This document shows, in pieces, positions 23,596 through 33,330 of a stretch of DNA of 64,000 bases. The DNA is from Ignavibacteria bacterium (GTDB taxonomy: Bacteria > Bacteroidota > Ignavibacteria > Kapaibacteriales > UBA2268), in contig JAOAEE010000023.1 of NCBI GenBank assembly GCA_026416955.1, positions 21,122 to 85,121 on the forward strand. The letters run 5' to 3'. The position numbers were made by a program, and so were the translations under genes. How positions within the stretch are numbered: position 1 is the stretch's first letter; each line of letters starts with the position of its first letter. Below the pieces are notes generated by a model. The model made no database searches and had not been told where the DNA came from. It saw nothing but the letters and a program-made list of their open reading frames with translations.

Positions 23596-24189
23596 CTAAA
23601 TTGCACCAATTTCAACTTGACTAAAATCGAGTTCGACTGGGGTTTTGCGCCCTAATATTCCAACTTCTACTTTCAGTTTCTGTTTCTCATAATTAACTTC
23701 TTTAACAGTACCACTAAATCCGCTGAACGGACCATCGATTACTTTGACAGGGTCACCAATTTGAAATTCTGTTCCAATAGTCTCTATATTTTTTCTTTCT
23801 TCTACTCTGCCAATAATTCTTTTTACTTCTGCTTCGGTTAACGGAACCGGTTCTGTCTTTGTTCCAACAAAACTGACAACCGAAGGAAGAGAATTTATAT
23901 AGTCTTTTAATTTTTTATCTAATGCAACACGGAGAATAATGTAACCGGGAAGAAAGCTTTTTATCTTGCTTTTTTTCTTTCCGTGCCGAACCTCGTAAAC
24001 TTGTTCCTGGGGAACAATAATATCTGTTATTCGATTTTGGAGCCCCAATCTTTTAATTTCTGCTTCGAGAGTAAGTTTCACCTTATTCTCGTGACCTGTG
24101 TAGGTTCGAAGGGCATACCATTTAAATTCGGGCGATTTGCCCGATTCGCTTACTTCTTCATTTAAATTAAAAATTTCTTTCTCTTCCAT
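23596..24189 (-). CDS. nusG: transcription termination/antitermination factor NusG
   Basis: Has an NGN domain (WYALRTYTGHENKV) and a KOW motif (GDPVKVIDGPFSGFSGTVKEV). Sits in the secE-nusG-rplK context. Confidence 0.95.
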   Translation of the reverse strand: MEEKEIFNLNEEVSESGKSPEFKWYALRTYTGHENKVKLTLEAEIKRLGLQNRITDIIVPQEQVYEVRHGKKKSKIKSFLPGYIILRVALDKKLKDYINSLPSVVSFVGTKTEPVPLTEAEVKRIIGRVEERKNIETIGTEFQIGDPVKVIDGPFSGFSGTVKEVNYEKQKLKVEVGILGRKTPVELDFSQVEIGAI

Positions 24190-24372
24190 TTAAAAAATAA
24201 ACTCTAAAATTTTAACCATAAGGAAATCTACAATCGAAACAAACAAAGTGAAAATCAACATAGTAATAATAACGATATAAGTCGACTCGCGTAACTGGGC
24301 ACGAGTTGGCCAGGAAACTTTTTTCATTTCCTTAGTTACTTCGTTCAAATATCTTTTAACTTTTCCAAGCAT
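24190..24372 (-). CDS. secE: preprotein translocase subunit SecE
   Basis: Small single-TM protein: ...EMKKVSWPTRAQLRESTYIVIITMLIFTLFVSIVDF... It lies directly upstream of nusG. The ATG at 24372 is preferred. The ORF-track TTG at 24390 would lie only 8 nt from tRNA-Trp. Confidence 0.85.
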   Translation of the reverse strand: MLGKVKRYLNEVTKEMKKVSWPTRAQLRESTYIVIITMLIFTLFVSIVDFLMVKILEFIF

Positions 24373-24398
24373 TTTATTACCGTTTATCAAAAAATTAG

Positions 24399-24471
24399 CA
24401 GGGGTGGAAGGACTCGAACCCTCAGCCTACGGTTTTGGAGACCGCCGCTCTGCCAATTGAGCTACACCCCT
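24399..24471 (-). tRNA. tRNA-Trp (CCA)
   Basis: The reverse complement AGGGGTGTAGCTCAATTGGCAGAGCGGCGGTCTCCAAAACCGTAGGCTGAGGGTTCGAGTCCTTCCACCCCTG folds as a cloverleaf with anticodon loop CTCCAAA. The position before secE is the usual one. Confidence 0.92.
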
Positions 24472-24478
24472 TTACCAG

Positions 24479-24551
24479 AGCTGATGACCGGGATTGAACC
24501 GGTGACCTCTTCCTTACCAAGGAAGCGCTCTACCAACTGAGCTACATCAGC
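24479..24551 (-). tRNA. tRNA-Thr (GGT)
   Basis: The reverse complement GCTGATGTAGCTCAGTTGGTAGAGCGCTTCCTTGGTAAGGAAGAGGTCACCGGTTCAATCCCGGTCATCAGCT has anticodon stem CTTCC/GGAAG and loop TTGGTAA. Confidence 0.92.
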
Positions 24552-24562
24552 AATTATTCGAG

Positions 24563-24635
<73 letters not shown>

Positions 24636-24651
24636 ACCCAAATTCACATCG

Positions 24652-24724
24652 AGCGGGAAACGGGACTCGAACCCGCGACCCTCAGCTTGGAAGGCTGATG
24701 CTCTACCAACTGAGCTACTCCCGC
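24652..24724 (-). tRNA. tRNA-Gly (TCC)
   Basis: The reverse complement GCGGGAGTAGCTCAGTTGGTAGAGCATCAGCCTTCCAAGCTGAGGGTCGCGGGTTCGAGTCCCGTTTCCCGCT has anticodon loop CTTCCAA. It differs from the neighbouring Gly gene at only 3 positions. Confidence 0.9.
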
Positions 24725-24730
24725 ATCGAG

Positions 24731-24813
24731 TGGGCAGGGAAGGATTCGAACCTCCGAAGGGATACCCCAGCAGATTTACAGTCTGCCCCGTTTGACCGCT
24801 TCGGTACCTGCCC
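24731..24813 (-). tRNA. tRNA-Tyr (GTA), with long variable arm
   Basis: The reverse complement GGGCAGGTACCGAAGCGGTCAAACGGGGCAGACTGTAAATCTGCTGGGGTATCCCTTCGGAGGTTCGAATCCTTCCCTGCCCA has anticodon loop CTGTAAA and a class II variable arm. Confidence 0.9.
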
Positions 24814-24995
24814 TTTTTGTAGACTACTAAATTAATAAATTTTATATTAATACCAAAACACATTCTTAACTTTTTTTAAAAATTTTTTGCATTGTGTTAG
24901 ACGTTTTTTGTGCTTTTTATTTTTATTCTTTTACGTTCATTTTGTTTTATTTTATTTACCTTATTTTTGCTTTTGTTTAATGAATTAATTTGCGT

Positions 24996-27053
24996 ATGAT
25001 AGTTGAAGAATTGATTTCGCCAAATAGTATTGTTGTTATTGGTGGGTCGAATGACATTCGTAAACCAGGGGGGAAAGTTTTGCACAATATTATTAACGGA
25101 AATTTCGAAGGCGAACTTCTCGTTGTCAATCCAAAAGAAACTGAAGTACAAGGAGTAAAATCACTCTCCTCGATTAAGGGCCTACCAAAAGTTGATTTAG
25201 CAATTTTTGCAATACCTGCAGGAATGATACCCGAGACTATGAGCGAACTTGCCAATCGCGGAACGCGTGCTTTTATTGTTTTGTCGGCTGGATTTAGCGA
25301 AATGGGCGAAGAAGGAAGGAAACTCGAGAGCAAACTTGTTGAAATCGTAGAAAGTGTTGGTGGAACACTTATCGGTCCAAATTGTATTGGTGTAATTACA
25401 GAGAAATATAAAGGTGTTTTTGCTGGTCCAATTCCAGATTTCGACCCACAAGGATGCGATTTTGTGTCGGCATCTGGTGCAACAGCTGTATTCATTCTCG
25501 AAGAAGCTATTGAAAGAGGAATTAAGTTTAGCTCAATTTTTTCTGTTGGAAATTCTGCACAAATCGGAATCGAGGAAGTTCTTGAATATTGGGATTTAAA
25601 CTACAAACAAGGTATTTCTTCGAACGTGAAGTTAATTTATGCCGAGCAGATAGAAAAACCAAGAAAATTTTTGCAACATTGCGCTTCGTTACGCCAGAAA
25701 GGCTGCAAAATTGCTGGCATAAAGGCAGGTCGAACGTCTGCGGGGCAACGAGCTGTTTCTTCGCATACTGGTGCCCTTGCAGGCGAAGACATTGTAGTCG
25801 AAACATTGTTTCAAAAGGCTGGTATTATTCGATGCGAAGGGCGATTGGATTTAGTTAATGTGGCTGGAATTCTCCTTGCAAACTCACCTAAATCGAACAA
25901 AGTTGCAGTAGTCACACACGCAGGTGGACCGGGTGTTATGCTCACCGATACTCTCGAGGCCGAAGGTTTGCAAGTTCCTAAAATAGAAGGTCCCTTCGCA
26001 GAGGAACTTCTTAAATATCTCCACTTTGGTTCCTCTGTTTCCAATCCAATAGACTTTCTGGCAACTGGTACTGCCGAGCAATTAAATATTATTCTTGAAT
26101 ATGTCGAAAATAAGTTTGATTGCGTTGATTCTTGTGCTGTAATTTTTGGAACACCAGGTCTGTTCGATGTCAAACCAGTGTATGATGTTTTGTATAAAAG
26201 AATTAAAAATTCCCAAAAACCAATATATGCTATACTCCCTTCAATCATACAAGCAAAGGAAGCTATCGACTACTTTAAATCTCTTGGAGGAGTTTATTTT
26301 AACGACGAAGTGGCTTTTGGTAAAGCACTTGCCAAAGTAATTAACTCTACAGTAAAATCAAAGGGAAGGTTTTTTGATTTCGACGATATTAATGTTAATG
26401 GAATTAGAAATCTCTTGGATAACGAGACTACAGGTTTCATATCTCTCCAAAAGACATTTGAAATTCTTAATAATCTTAATCTAAAGGTTGTAGACACTTT
26501 CTATGCCCGAAATGAAAAGGAACTTGAAGACATCCTGGACAAGATTAACTTTCCAATTGTAATGAAAGTAGTTGGACCAATACACAAAACAGATGTTAAA
26601 GGTGTTGCAACAAATATTAATAACAAAGAAGATTCGCATAAATTCTTTTCCACTTTGATACAAATACCCGGTTCTGAAAGTGTTGCAATACAACCAATGC
26701 TTTCCGGAACTGAACTTTTCTTTGGATGCAAATATGAACCAGGCCTTGGTCATTTGCTTGCTTTTGGTTTAGGTGGAATTTTTGTCGAGGTTTTAAAAGA
26801 TGTTCAACTACGCTTGGCACCAATTACAGATACAGAAGCAGAAGAAATGATTGAAAAAATAAGAGGAAAAAAAATACTCCAAGGTTACAGAAACTTGGAA
26901 CCAATTAACAAAAATACTATTGTCGAAGTTTTACTTAGAATTTCTAAATTAACAGAAATTGCACCAGAAATTGTTGAATTGGATATCAATCCAGCATTTG
27001 GTAGTAACAACGAAATTATTATTGTTGACGCAAGAATAAAAATACAAAAATAA
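24996..27053 (+). CDS. acetate--CoA ligase (ADP-forming), fused alpha/beta form (CoA-binding + succinyl-CoA-synthetase-like + ATP-grasp)
   Basis: LISPNSIVVIGGSND..PGG is a CoA-binding Rossmann segment. ...VSSHTGALAG... is the phosphohistidine loop. The C-terminal domain resembles ATP-grasp. The ATG at 24996 is preferred over the TTG at 24990. Confidence 0.85.
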   Translation: MIVEELISPNSIVVIGGSNDIRKPGGKVLHNIINGNFEGELLVVNPKETEVQGVKSLSSIKGLPKVDLAIFAIPAGMIPETMSELANRGTRAFIVLSAGFSEMGEEGRKLESKLVEIVESVGGTLIGPNCIGVITEKYKGVFAGPIPDFDPQGCDFVSASGATAVFILEEAIERGIKFSSIFSVGNSAQIGIEEVLEYWDLNYKQGISSNVKLIYAEQIEKPRKFLQHCASLRQKGCKIAGIKAGRTSAGQRAVSSHTGALAGEDIVVETLFQKAGIIRCEGRLDLVNVAGILLANSPKSNKVAVVTHAGGPGVMLTDTLEAEGLQVPKIEGPFAEELLKYLHFGSSVSNPIDFLATGTAEQLNIILEYVENKFDCVDSCAVIFGTPGLFDVKPVYDVLYKRIKNSQKPIYAILPSIIQAKEAIDYFKSLGGVYFNDEVAFGKALAKVINSTVKSKGRFFDFDDINVNGIRNLLDNETTGFISLQKTFEILNNLNLKVVDTFYARNEKELEDILDKINFPIVMKVVGPIHKTDVKGVATNINNKEDSHKFFSTLIQIPGSESVAIQPMLSGTELFFGCKYEPGLGHLLAFGLGGIFVEVLKDVQLRLAPITDTEAEEMIEKIRGKKILQGYRNLEPINKNTIVEVLLRISKLTEIAPEIVELDINPAFGSNNEIIIVDARIKIQK

Positions 27054-27118
27054 AAAGGACAATTTTATCCGATTTTATTCGTTACTTTTTTTTGTAATTT
27101 TATTTTTTTGGTGAACCT

Positions 27119-28060
27119 ATGAACGAGTTGTATATCACATTATTAATGAACGACCATAGCATAATTGAAAAGGCTTTGGTCATTTTGGAAAAACAGCTTG
27201 CAAGAAAAAAGAAAAATTGGACTACAATTCAGGTACTTTTTGAAATCCTTTGGGATTATGGAGAAAAAAATCACAATATGAAGGAAGAAAAAGTATACTT
27301 TCCGCTTCTACTTGAACGAGGATTACCCCAAAGTGGCCCGGTTGCAGTAATGTTGCAAGAACACGAAGTTGAAAGAAATTATCTTTCTAAATTTAAAGAA
27401 TTCCTATCTAAATCTGAAAAGACCGAGGAAGAGATACAAAGTTTCGTATCCGAATTTAACGATTATGCTAGTCTAACAAAGGACCATATATGGAAGGAAA
27501 ACGATATTCTTTATCCAATGGGCAGAAAATTTGTACAACCCGACGACGTTCCTTACCTTGCAAATGAATTTAAAAGAATCGAAAGGGAAAGTCTTGGCGA
27601 AGGTGCGTATACAAGATACAAAACACTTGTAGATGCACTTGAAAAGGAAAGTGGCGAACGAATAGACCTTCTCGCTTCAATCCCGACCGAGGTAATTGGC
27701 AATATGCTCGATGCTCTCCCAATCGAGATTACTTTTGTCGATGCCGAAGACCGCGTCCGATATTTCAATAAGTTGGACAAAGAAAAAATTTTCGCTCGTA
27801 CACTTTCAGTTATTGGTAGATTGGTTCAACAATGCCACCCACCAAAAAGTATTCATCTTGTAAACAAAATAATAGAAGAAATGAAAGCTGGAAAGCGCGA
27901 CGAAGCAACTTTTTGGATACACTTTAATGGTATGTATCTCTATATTGCATACTATGCTGTTCGCAACGAAAATGGCGAATACCAAGGTGTCGTTGAAATG
28001 GTACAAGATGTTAATCCATACCGTGCTTTGGAAGGAGAAAAAAGATTACTTGATAATTAA
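27119..28060 (+). CDS. DUF438 / hemerythrin-like / PAS-type sensory protein
   Basis: The N-terminus has hemerythrin-like HHE helices (KEEKVYFPLL, MLQEHEVER, KENDILYP). The C-terminus reads LPIEITFVDAEDRVRYFN...QQCHPPKS...FWIHFNGMYLYIAYYAVR..., as I remember for DUF438 plus PAS. Confidence 0.75.
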   Translation: MNELYITLLMNDHSIIEKALVILEKQLARKKKNWTTIQVLFEILWDYGEKNHNMKEEKVYFPLLLERGLPQSGPVAVMLQEHEVERNYLSKFKEFLSKSEKTEEEIQSFVSEFNDYASLTKDHIWKENDILYPMGRKFVQPDDVPYLANEFKRIERESLGEGAYTRYKTLVDALEKESGERIDLLASIPTEVIGNMLDALPIEITFVDAEDRVRYFNKLDKEKIFARTLSVIGRLVQQCHPPKSIHLVNKIIEEMKAGKRDEATFWIHFNGMYLYIAYYAVRNENGEYQGVVEMVQDVNPYRALEGEKRLLDN

Positions 28061-28079
28061 TAATAAAATTTGGTGATTT

Positions 28080-28553
28080 ATGGGTAATTTCAATCCACAA
28101 AATTTAGTCGAACTTGCTCTTAAAGTAGAAGAAAAAGGTGCCAAAGTGTACAATCAACTTGCTGAAAAATTTGCTTCTAATTCAGAAATTTCTGAAACTT
28201 TTCGACTTTTAGCCCGAGACGAGCAAATTCACTATAACCAATTTCTTGCATTAAAAAAGGAAATTCCCGAAACACTAGACAATATCTCAAAAACAAGCGA
28301 AGAATTTTTTAATTATATCGATTTAGAACGGTATTTCCTGCTGTTCGACTCTGTAAGCGAATTGGATAAAATTCTTAAATATGCATACGATTTTGAACGC
28401 GACACTTACATTTTCTACACTGCAATCAGAGACGCAGTCGGAAAATTCGAGGTTTTGGACTCAATTATCGAATTCGAAAAGTCGCATATGATAAAATTGT
28501 TGCAATATATTCTAACCGAAAGTAAGTTCCGTGGTATAGCCGACAAATTTTAG
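28080..28553 (+). CDS. ferritin-like / rubrerythrin-family four-helix-bundle protein
   Basis: 157 aa with paired ExxH-type segments: LARDEQIHYNQF and EFEKSHMIKLLQ. GGTGA lies upstream of the ATG. Confidence 0.65.
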   Translation: MGNFNPQNLVELALKVEEKGAKVYNQLAEKFASNSEISETFRLLARDEQIHYNQFLALKKEIPETLDNISKTSEEFFNYIDLERYFLLFDSVSELDKILKYAYDFERDTYIFYTAIRDAVGKFEVLDSIIEFEKSHMIKLLQYILTESKFRGIADKF

Positions 28554-28716
28554 TAAAATAATTACTTTTTTTGTTTTTGCAATTAAAAACAATTCTTAAC
28601 AATAAAGATAAATTTTTAAAAGACTATTCTTTTAAATAATAGTTTATCGTATTTCCCCAAATATTGGAAATTAACCTTTTATTATTAATTTTGATTTGTT
28701 AACATTTAGAAACATT

Positions 28717-30537
28717 ATGAAAAAATTTACCCTTTGGTTTTCCATTTTAGGAATAATGTTTTTATTATCTTGTGTTACAAAAGTTAAGATTCAAAAGCCG
28801 GTGGTAAAATACGTTAAGGAGCAAAAATGTAGTCCCAATAAGTGGTACGGAATACCAATTGATACAAGTTCTGAATACAAAAAGGTTGCCGAAAGTTACT
28901 ATATTTTTGAACCAGTTAGGGATATTAATTCACCAGCAAATGAATGGGCACTATCATTTATCGACGAAAAAAATGCAATTCTTACTTATAATGACGTTGA
29001 CCAACAATCGCCAATAGCTGTTACTTTCGTTAGCGAAACAAAGGCAAAAACCACTTCTGGGCTTAGTATCCCGCTCGAAGGCCACATAGGATGCTTTTCG
29101 CTACAAGGAAACAACGTTTTCTTCGCAAGGAGCCCAATTCTTTCGCAAGAGAATGAAATTACCGGGAATTCTGATATTTATATGGCAAAATTCAACAAAA
29201 ATGTCGTTGCAAATGTCAAATCATTATCTGAATGGATAAATCCATACTACGTTTCTTGGGAATCACATCCTTCAATATCTAATGACGGGAAGGTTCTTTT
29301 CTTTTCATCAGATAGAATTCCATACAAAGGACCCGATATTTTTTTCACAATACAACTTCCTAATGGGGATTGGAGTGAACCAATAAATTGCGGTGACTCT
29401 ATTAATACCGAATGCGACGAAATTTCCCCTTTTGTAACTCGCGATGGTAAATATTTGCTTTTTAGTTCAACTGGTCACGATAATGTTGGGGGATACGATT
29501 TATTTATTTCCACAATTTCAGAACAGTTTTGGAAGGAAATACAAAATTATTCCAAAGGGAAAAAAGTGGATTTCGAAAAATACTTTGGCAAAGCGAAAAA
29601 TATGAGGCCACCAACGAACACTATTGCCGACGAGATTTTCCCCTCAACACCTACAGACCCAAACGATTTGCTTTACTACAGTTCGAACCAATTCGACCAA
29701 GAAAAAGGGTTATTTCGACGTGGTGGTTTCGATATTTATGTCCGCTATAAATTTACCAAACCCAAGAAAGTAGCCGAAGTAAAGAAACAGGAAAAAGTCG
29801 GTCTGGAAGTTAAAGAAGATATAATCGTCGAACCAAAAATCACGATAGACCCAAATTTTAAGCTTTATGGTTATGTATATTCTTACGAAGGTAACCGCCC
29901 AATCGATGGAGCAAATGTTTACGTCTATCAATTCGACACACTTTTACAAGCATTTCCAGATGTGACAATTACAAAGCCAATGTTTTCCACAAAAACCAAG
30001 AATAATGGTTACTACGAATTTTCTCTTTTAAAAAACATCGATTACCAACTTTTTGCAGAAGCCCCAAATTTCTTTTACGAAACTAAAAGGATTCGTTTAG
30101 ATGTTACTGAACCCCAAAAAGAATACCAATTGGATTTTCATTTACCAATGAAATTAACTCTAAGAATCAACTTTCCTTTCGATGTATACGATAACCCATA
30201 CAAATATACACTCGATAGTAATGGGATGGAAACAAATATTACTTGGGAAGAAGCAATAGAAATGCTCGCTTTGCATTTAATAAATTATAGTCCAATAATT
30301 AAAAAAGTGATACTCGTAGGACATACAGATGATGTTGGAACCGATGAATACAATTTACGTTTAGGGAAAAACCGTGTCGATTTCATTATAAAACAATTAA
30401 TTAAACGAGGGGTTTCCCCCGATATTCTCGAAGGGCAGTCTGCGGGCGAAAGTCAACTACTACCTCGAAATCCAAACGAAGATTTAGCAACATATCGAAA
30501 GCGACTTCGTCGAGTTGAAATTTCAAAAATTTATTAA
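28717..30537 (+). CDS. PorE-like lipoprotein: TolB/PD40 beta-propeller repeats + carboxypeptidase-regulatory-like domain + OmpA_C peptidoglycan-binding domain
   Basis: MKKFTLWFSILGIMFLLSC is a lipobox signal. PD40-like repeats are present (SWESHPSISNDGKVLFFSSDR; EISPFVTRDGKYLLFSS). A CRD-like segment reads YGYVYSYEGNRPIDGANVYVY...NNGYYEFSL. The OmpA_C segment reads VILVGHTDDVGTDEYNLRLGKNRVDF...RRVEI. The ATG at 28717 is preferred over the TTG at 28696. Confidence 0.7.
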   Translation: MKKFTLWFSILGIMFLLSCVTKVKIQKPVVKYVKEQKCSPNKWYGIPIDTSSEYKKVAESYYIFEPVRDINSPANEWALSFIDEKNAILTYNDVDQQSPIAVTFVSETKAKTTSGLSIPLEGHIGCFSLQGNNVFFARSPILSQENEITGNSDIYMAKFNKNVVANVKSLSEWINPYYVSWESHPSISNDGKVLFFSSDRIPYKGPDIFFTIQLPNGDWSEPINCGDSINTECDEISPFVTRDGKYLLFSSTGHDNVGGYDLFISTISEQFWKEIQNYSKGKKVDFEKYFGKAKNMRPPTNTIADEIFPSTPTDPNDLLYYSSNQFDQEKGLFRRGGFDIYVRYKFTKPKKVAEVKKQEKVGLEVKEDIIVEPKITIDPNFKLYGYVYSYEGNRPIDGANVYVYQFDTLLQAFPDVTITKPMFSTKTKNNGYYEFSLLKNIDYQLFAEAPNFFYETKRIRLDVTEPQKEYQLDFHLPMKLTLRINFPFDVYDNPYKYTLDSNGMETNITWEEAIEMLALHLINYSPIIKKVILVGHTDDVGTDEYNLRLGKNRVDFIIKQLIKRGVSPDILEGQSAGESQLLPRNPNEDLATYRKRLRRVEISKIY

Positions 30538-30542
30538 GGAAA

Positions 30543-32639
30543 ATGGAAACCAAAATTACTCCATTTAGACTTTTGCTTATCCTTGTAATTGGAACTTTGA
30601 TATTTCTCCTTTCTATTGCAATATATGTTTACGATGTCGCCTCGTATAATTTACCTTCTTTGGAGCAATTGGAAAATCCACCTCAAAACTATGCAACGCA
30701 AATATTTAGTAGCGACGGGGTTTTAATCGACTATTTATTTGTTGAAAGGCGTGTACCTCTTCCGCTGGATAGTATCCCGAAAGATTTCATTAATGCTTTA
30801 ATTGCAACAGAAGATAGAAAATTTTTTGAACATTGGGGAATACACCTTGGAAGAATTTTCCGCGCTATGATAAAAAATCTAATTTCGTTGAAAGTCAAAG
30901 AAGGCGGTTCCACAATAACAATGCAATTAGCAAGAAATTTATATTTCAACCAAGACTTCTCGATTAAAAGAAAAATTCGCGAGGCATTGACTTCTATTCA
31001 AATCGAAAAACAATTTACAAAAGAAGAAATTCTTGAAATGTATATAAATACTGTACCTTTCGGACGCGGAGCCTATGGACTTTCTGTTGCTTCAAAAGTA
31101 TATTTCGACAAGAATCCAATAGAATTGACTACTTCTGAATGTGCCTTCCTTGTGGGTATACTCAAAGCACCAGAACATTACAACGCAATTGTAGATTACG
31201 ACAAAGGTATTGAAAGGCGGAACCTTGTCCTCCGACTTATGTACGAGCAAGGATATATTAACAGTGCCCAATATTTGAAAGCTTTGGACGAACCAATTCG
31301 GCTTGCAAAAGTCAAAGTAAAAGATAAGAACCAATACCTACTTGCTCCTCATTTCGTTGAATATGTGCGAAGAATTGTTACCTCCGACCCAAGATTTGCT
31401 GAATACGACCTTTACCGCGATGGTCTTACAATATATACTACACTTAACGCGAAAATTCAACAATATGCAAAGGAAGCTTTAGAAGAGCACTTACGAGAAT
31501 ATCAAAAAGTGTTCAATGAATCTTGGAATTGGAAATACAAACAACAATTGTTAAATAAACTTGTAGAAGAAGCAATCAAAAAGAACCAAGAGTATGTGAA
31601 CGCACCAGCAAATAAAAAAGAAGAAATAGCAAAGAAACTTCGACAAAATCCAAATTTCATCGACTCTATAAAAAACGCTGTTACAACAATACAGGCTGGT
31701 TTAGTTGTTATCGACATTCAAACAGGCGAAATTGTCGCAATGGTTGGTGCATCTCCTAAATTTATTAATGAAAATCCGTTCGCTAAGCATTCTCTAAACC
31801 ACGCAACACAAATAAAAAGACAACCGGGCTCTGCATTCAAACCTTTTGTTTATGCTGCCGTACTCGAAGACACTCTTACCCCATTTTCGCTTATTGAATG
31901 TGGTCCATTTTCATATAAACTTCCCGATGGTCAAGTTTGGACCCCGCAGGGGTTTGGAAATTGTGAACCTGGCGAAAAAGTAACATTATTCGAGGCATTG
32001 GCAAAATCTATAAACTCGGTAGCAGCTCGATTAATCACAATGTATACTACGCCATTAAAGGTGATTGAAATAGCCCACAAAATGGGAATTGAGTCTCCAC
32101 TTCAAAATGTGCCAGCTCTTTCGCTTGGTGCTGGGGGCGAAGTTACACCTTTAGAGATGACAGTTGCTTTCTCCACCTTCGCTCGCGAAGGTTTGCGATT
32201 GAAACCAAAAGCAATTAAATATGTCGAAGACAACAGAGGAAATTTAATTGCTGACTTTCAAAAAGTTCAAGACATTAGCGACGCAATTAACCCAAGAATT
32301 GCACAAACTATGGTGAAGATGATGACTGGGGTAATAAATTTTGGAACCGGCTACGAAATTCGCCGATATTTTACAAATTGCGAAGCTGCTGGAAAAACTG
32401 GAACGACCAACAATTTTGCCGATGCTTGGTTTGTTGGTTTCACTCCACAACTTTGTGCTGGTATTTGGGTTGGCTTCGACGACCAGCGAATTAGTTTTAC
32501 TGGTGGTTACGGATACGCTGCAAAAGCAGCAGCTCCAATTTGGGGAAAATTGATGGCAAAGATCTATAATGACCCAACTTTACCTTATAAGCAAAGAAAA
32601 TTTGGTTTTATCGACAGCACTTATATTGTCAAACAGTAA
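30543..32639 (+). CDS. mrcA: penicillin-binding protein 1A (bifunctional transglycosylase/transpeptidase)
   Basis: Has an N-terminal TM helix. GT51 motifs are ATEDRKFFEHWG and GGSTITMQLARN. The transpeptidase motifs are SAFKPF and KTGTT. Confidence 0.93.
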   Translation: METKITPFRLLLILVIGTLIFLLSIAIYVYDVASYNLPSLEQLENPPQNYATQIFSSDGVLIDYLFVERRVPLPLDSIPKDFINALIATEDRKFFEHWGIHLGRIFRAMIKNLISLKVKEGGSTITMQLARNLYFNQDFSIKRKIREALTSIQIEKQFTKEEILEMYINTVPFGRGAYGLSVASKVYFDKNPIELTTSECAFLVGILKAPEHYNAIVDYDKGIERRNLVLRLMYEQGYINSAQYLKALDEPIRLAKVKVKDKNQYLLAPHFVEYVRRIVTSDPRFAEYDLYRDGLTIYTTLNAKIQQYAKEALEEHLREYQKVFNESWNWKYKQQLLNKLVEEAIKKNQEYVNAPANKKEEIAKKLRQNPNFIDSIKNAVTTIQAGLVVIDIQTGEIVAMVGASPKFINENPFAKHSLNHATQIKRQPGSAFKPFVYAAVLEDTLTPFSLIECGPFSYKLPDGQVWTPQGFGNCEPGEKVTLFEALAKSINSVAARLITMYTTPLKVIEIAHKMGIESPLQNVPALSLGAGGEVTPLEMTVAFSTFAREGLRLKPKAIKYVEDNRGNLIADFQKVQDISDAINPRIAQTMVKMMTGVINFGTGYEIRRYFTNCEAAGKTGTTNNFADAWFVGFTPQLCAGIWVGFDDQRISFTGGYGYAAKAAAPIWGKLMAKIYNDPTLPYKQRKFGFIDSTYIVKQ

Positions 32640-32649
32640 AAAGAATTTT

Positions 32650-33324
32650 ATGAAAAGATATCTAAATTTTCTCGACGGACGCAAATGTGAATTGTCAAAC
32701 ATTTACGCTGTTGCAAGCAACTACAAAAAGCACGCAGATGAAATGGGAACAACTATACCCGATGAACCTACAATCTTCCTTAAACCTACCTCTGCATATA
32801 TTTCCGATGGAGGGACTATCCTTTTACCTAAATTTTCAAATGAAATCCACCACGAAGTAGAACTTGTAGTTGTTATTGGAAAAGATGGTAATAATGTTTC
32901 AGAAGAAGATGCAGTCAACTACATAGCAGGATATGCTGTCGGTATCGATGTAACATTGCGAGATACTCAAACTAAGGCAAAGAAGGAAGGAAAACCTTGG
33001 GGGATTGCAAAAGGATTTTACACTTCCGCTCCAATTTCGAGTATTGTTCCAGCCACGGAATTCAACGGAAACATTCCAGATTTCGATTTGTTGTTGAAAG
33101 TAAACGGAGAAATTCGTCAAAGTGCAAATACAAGAATGATGGAACGCTCTGTTGCTCAATTAGTTTCTTTTATTTCAAAAGTTTTCTCTCTAAACGAGGG
33201 TGATTGTATTTTTACAGGAACCCCCGAAGGAGTTGGTAAAATTCAAGATGGTGATACTATTTTCGCAGAATTAGTTGGATTTGTTTCCTTAACTTGTTTT
33301 GTTGCAAACAAATTAGAAGGATAA
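32650..33324 (+). CDS. fumarylacetoacetate hydrolase (FAH) family protein
   Basis: ...IFLKPTSAYISDGGTILLPKFSNEIHHEVELVVVIGKDG...GTPEGVG... is an FAH-fold signature. The in-frame ATG at 32650 avoids the 71-nt overlap with PBP1A that the ORF-track start implies. Confidence 0.85.
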   Translation: MKRYLNFLDGRKCELSNIYAVASNYKKHADEMGTTIPDEPTIFLKPTSAYISDGGTILLPKFSNEIHHEVELVVVIGKDGNNVSEEDAVNYIAGYAVGIDVTLRDTQTKAKKEGKPWGIAKGFYTSAPISSIVPATEFNGNIPDFDLLLKVNGEIRQSANTRMMERSVAQLVSFISKVFSLNEGDCIFTGTPEGVGKIQDGDTIFAELVGFVSLTCFVANKLEG

Positions 33325-33330
33325 ATCAAT

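Noticed and set aside
24977-25495. 172-aa minus-strand ORF overlapping the 5' end of the acetyl-CoA synthetase gene
   Set aside because: It is antisense to a well-supported CDS. The translation is Pro/Ser/Thr-rich with no recognisable features.
32569-32649. Upstream extension of the FAH-family ORF overlapping the PBP1A 3' end
   Set aside because: The FAH-like sequence starts after the internal ATG at 32650. The extension would overlap PBP1A by 71 nt with no support.
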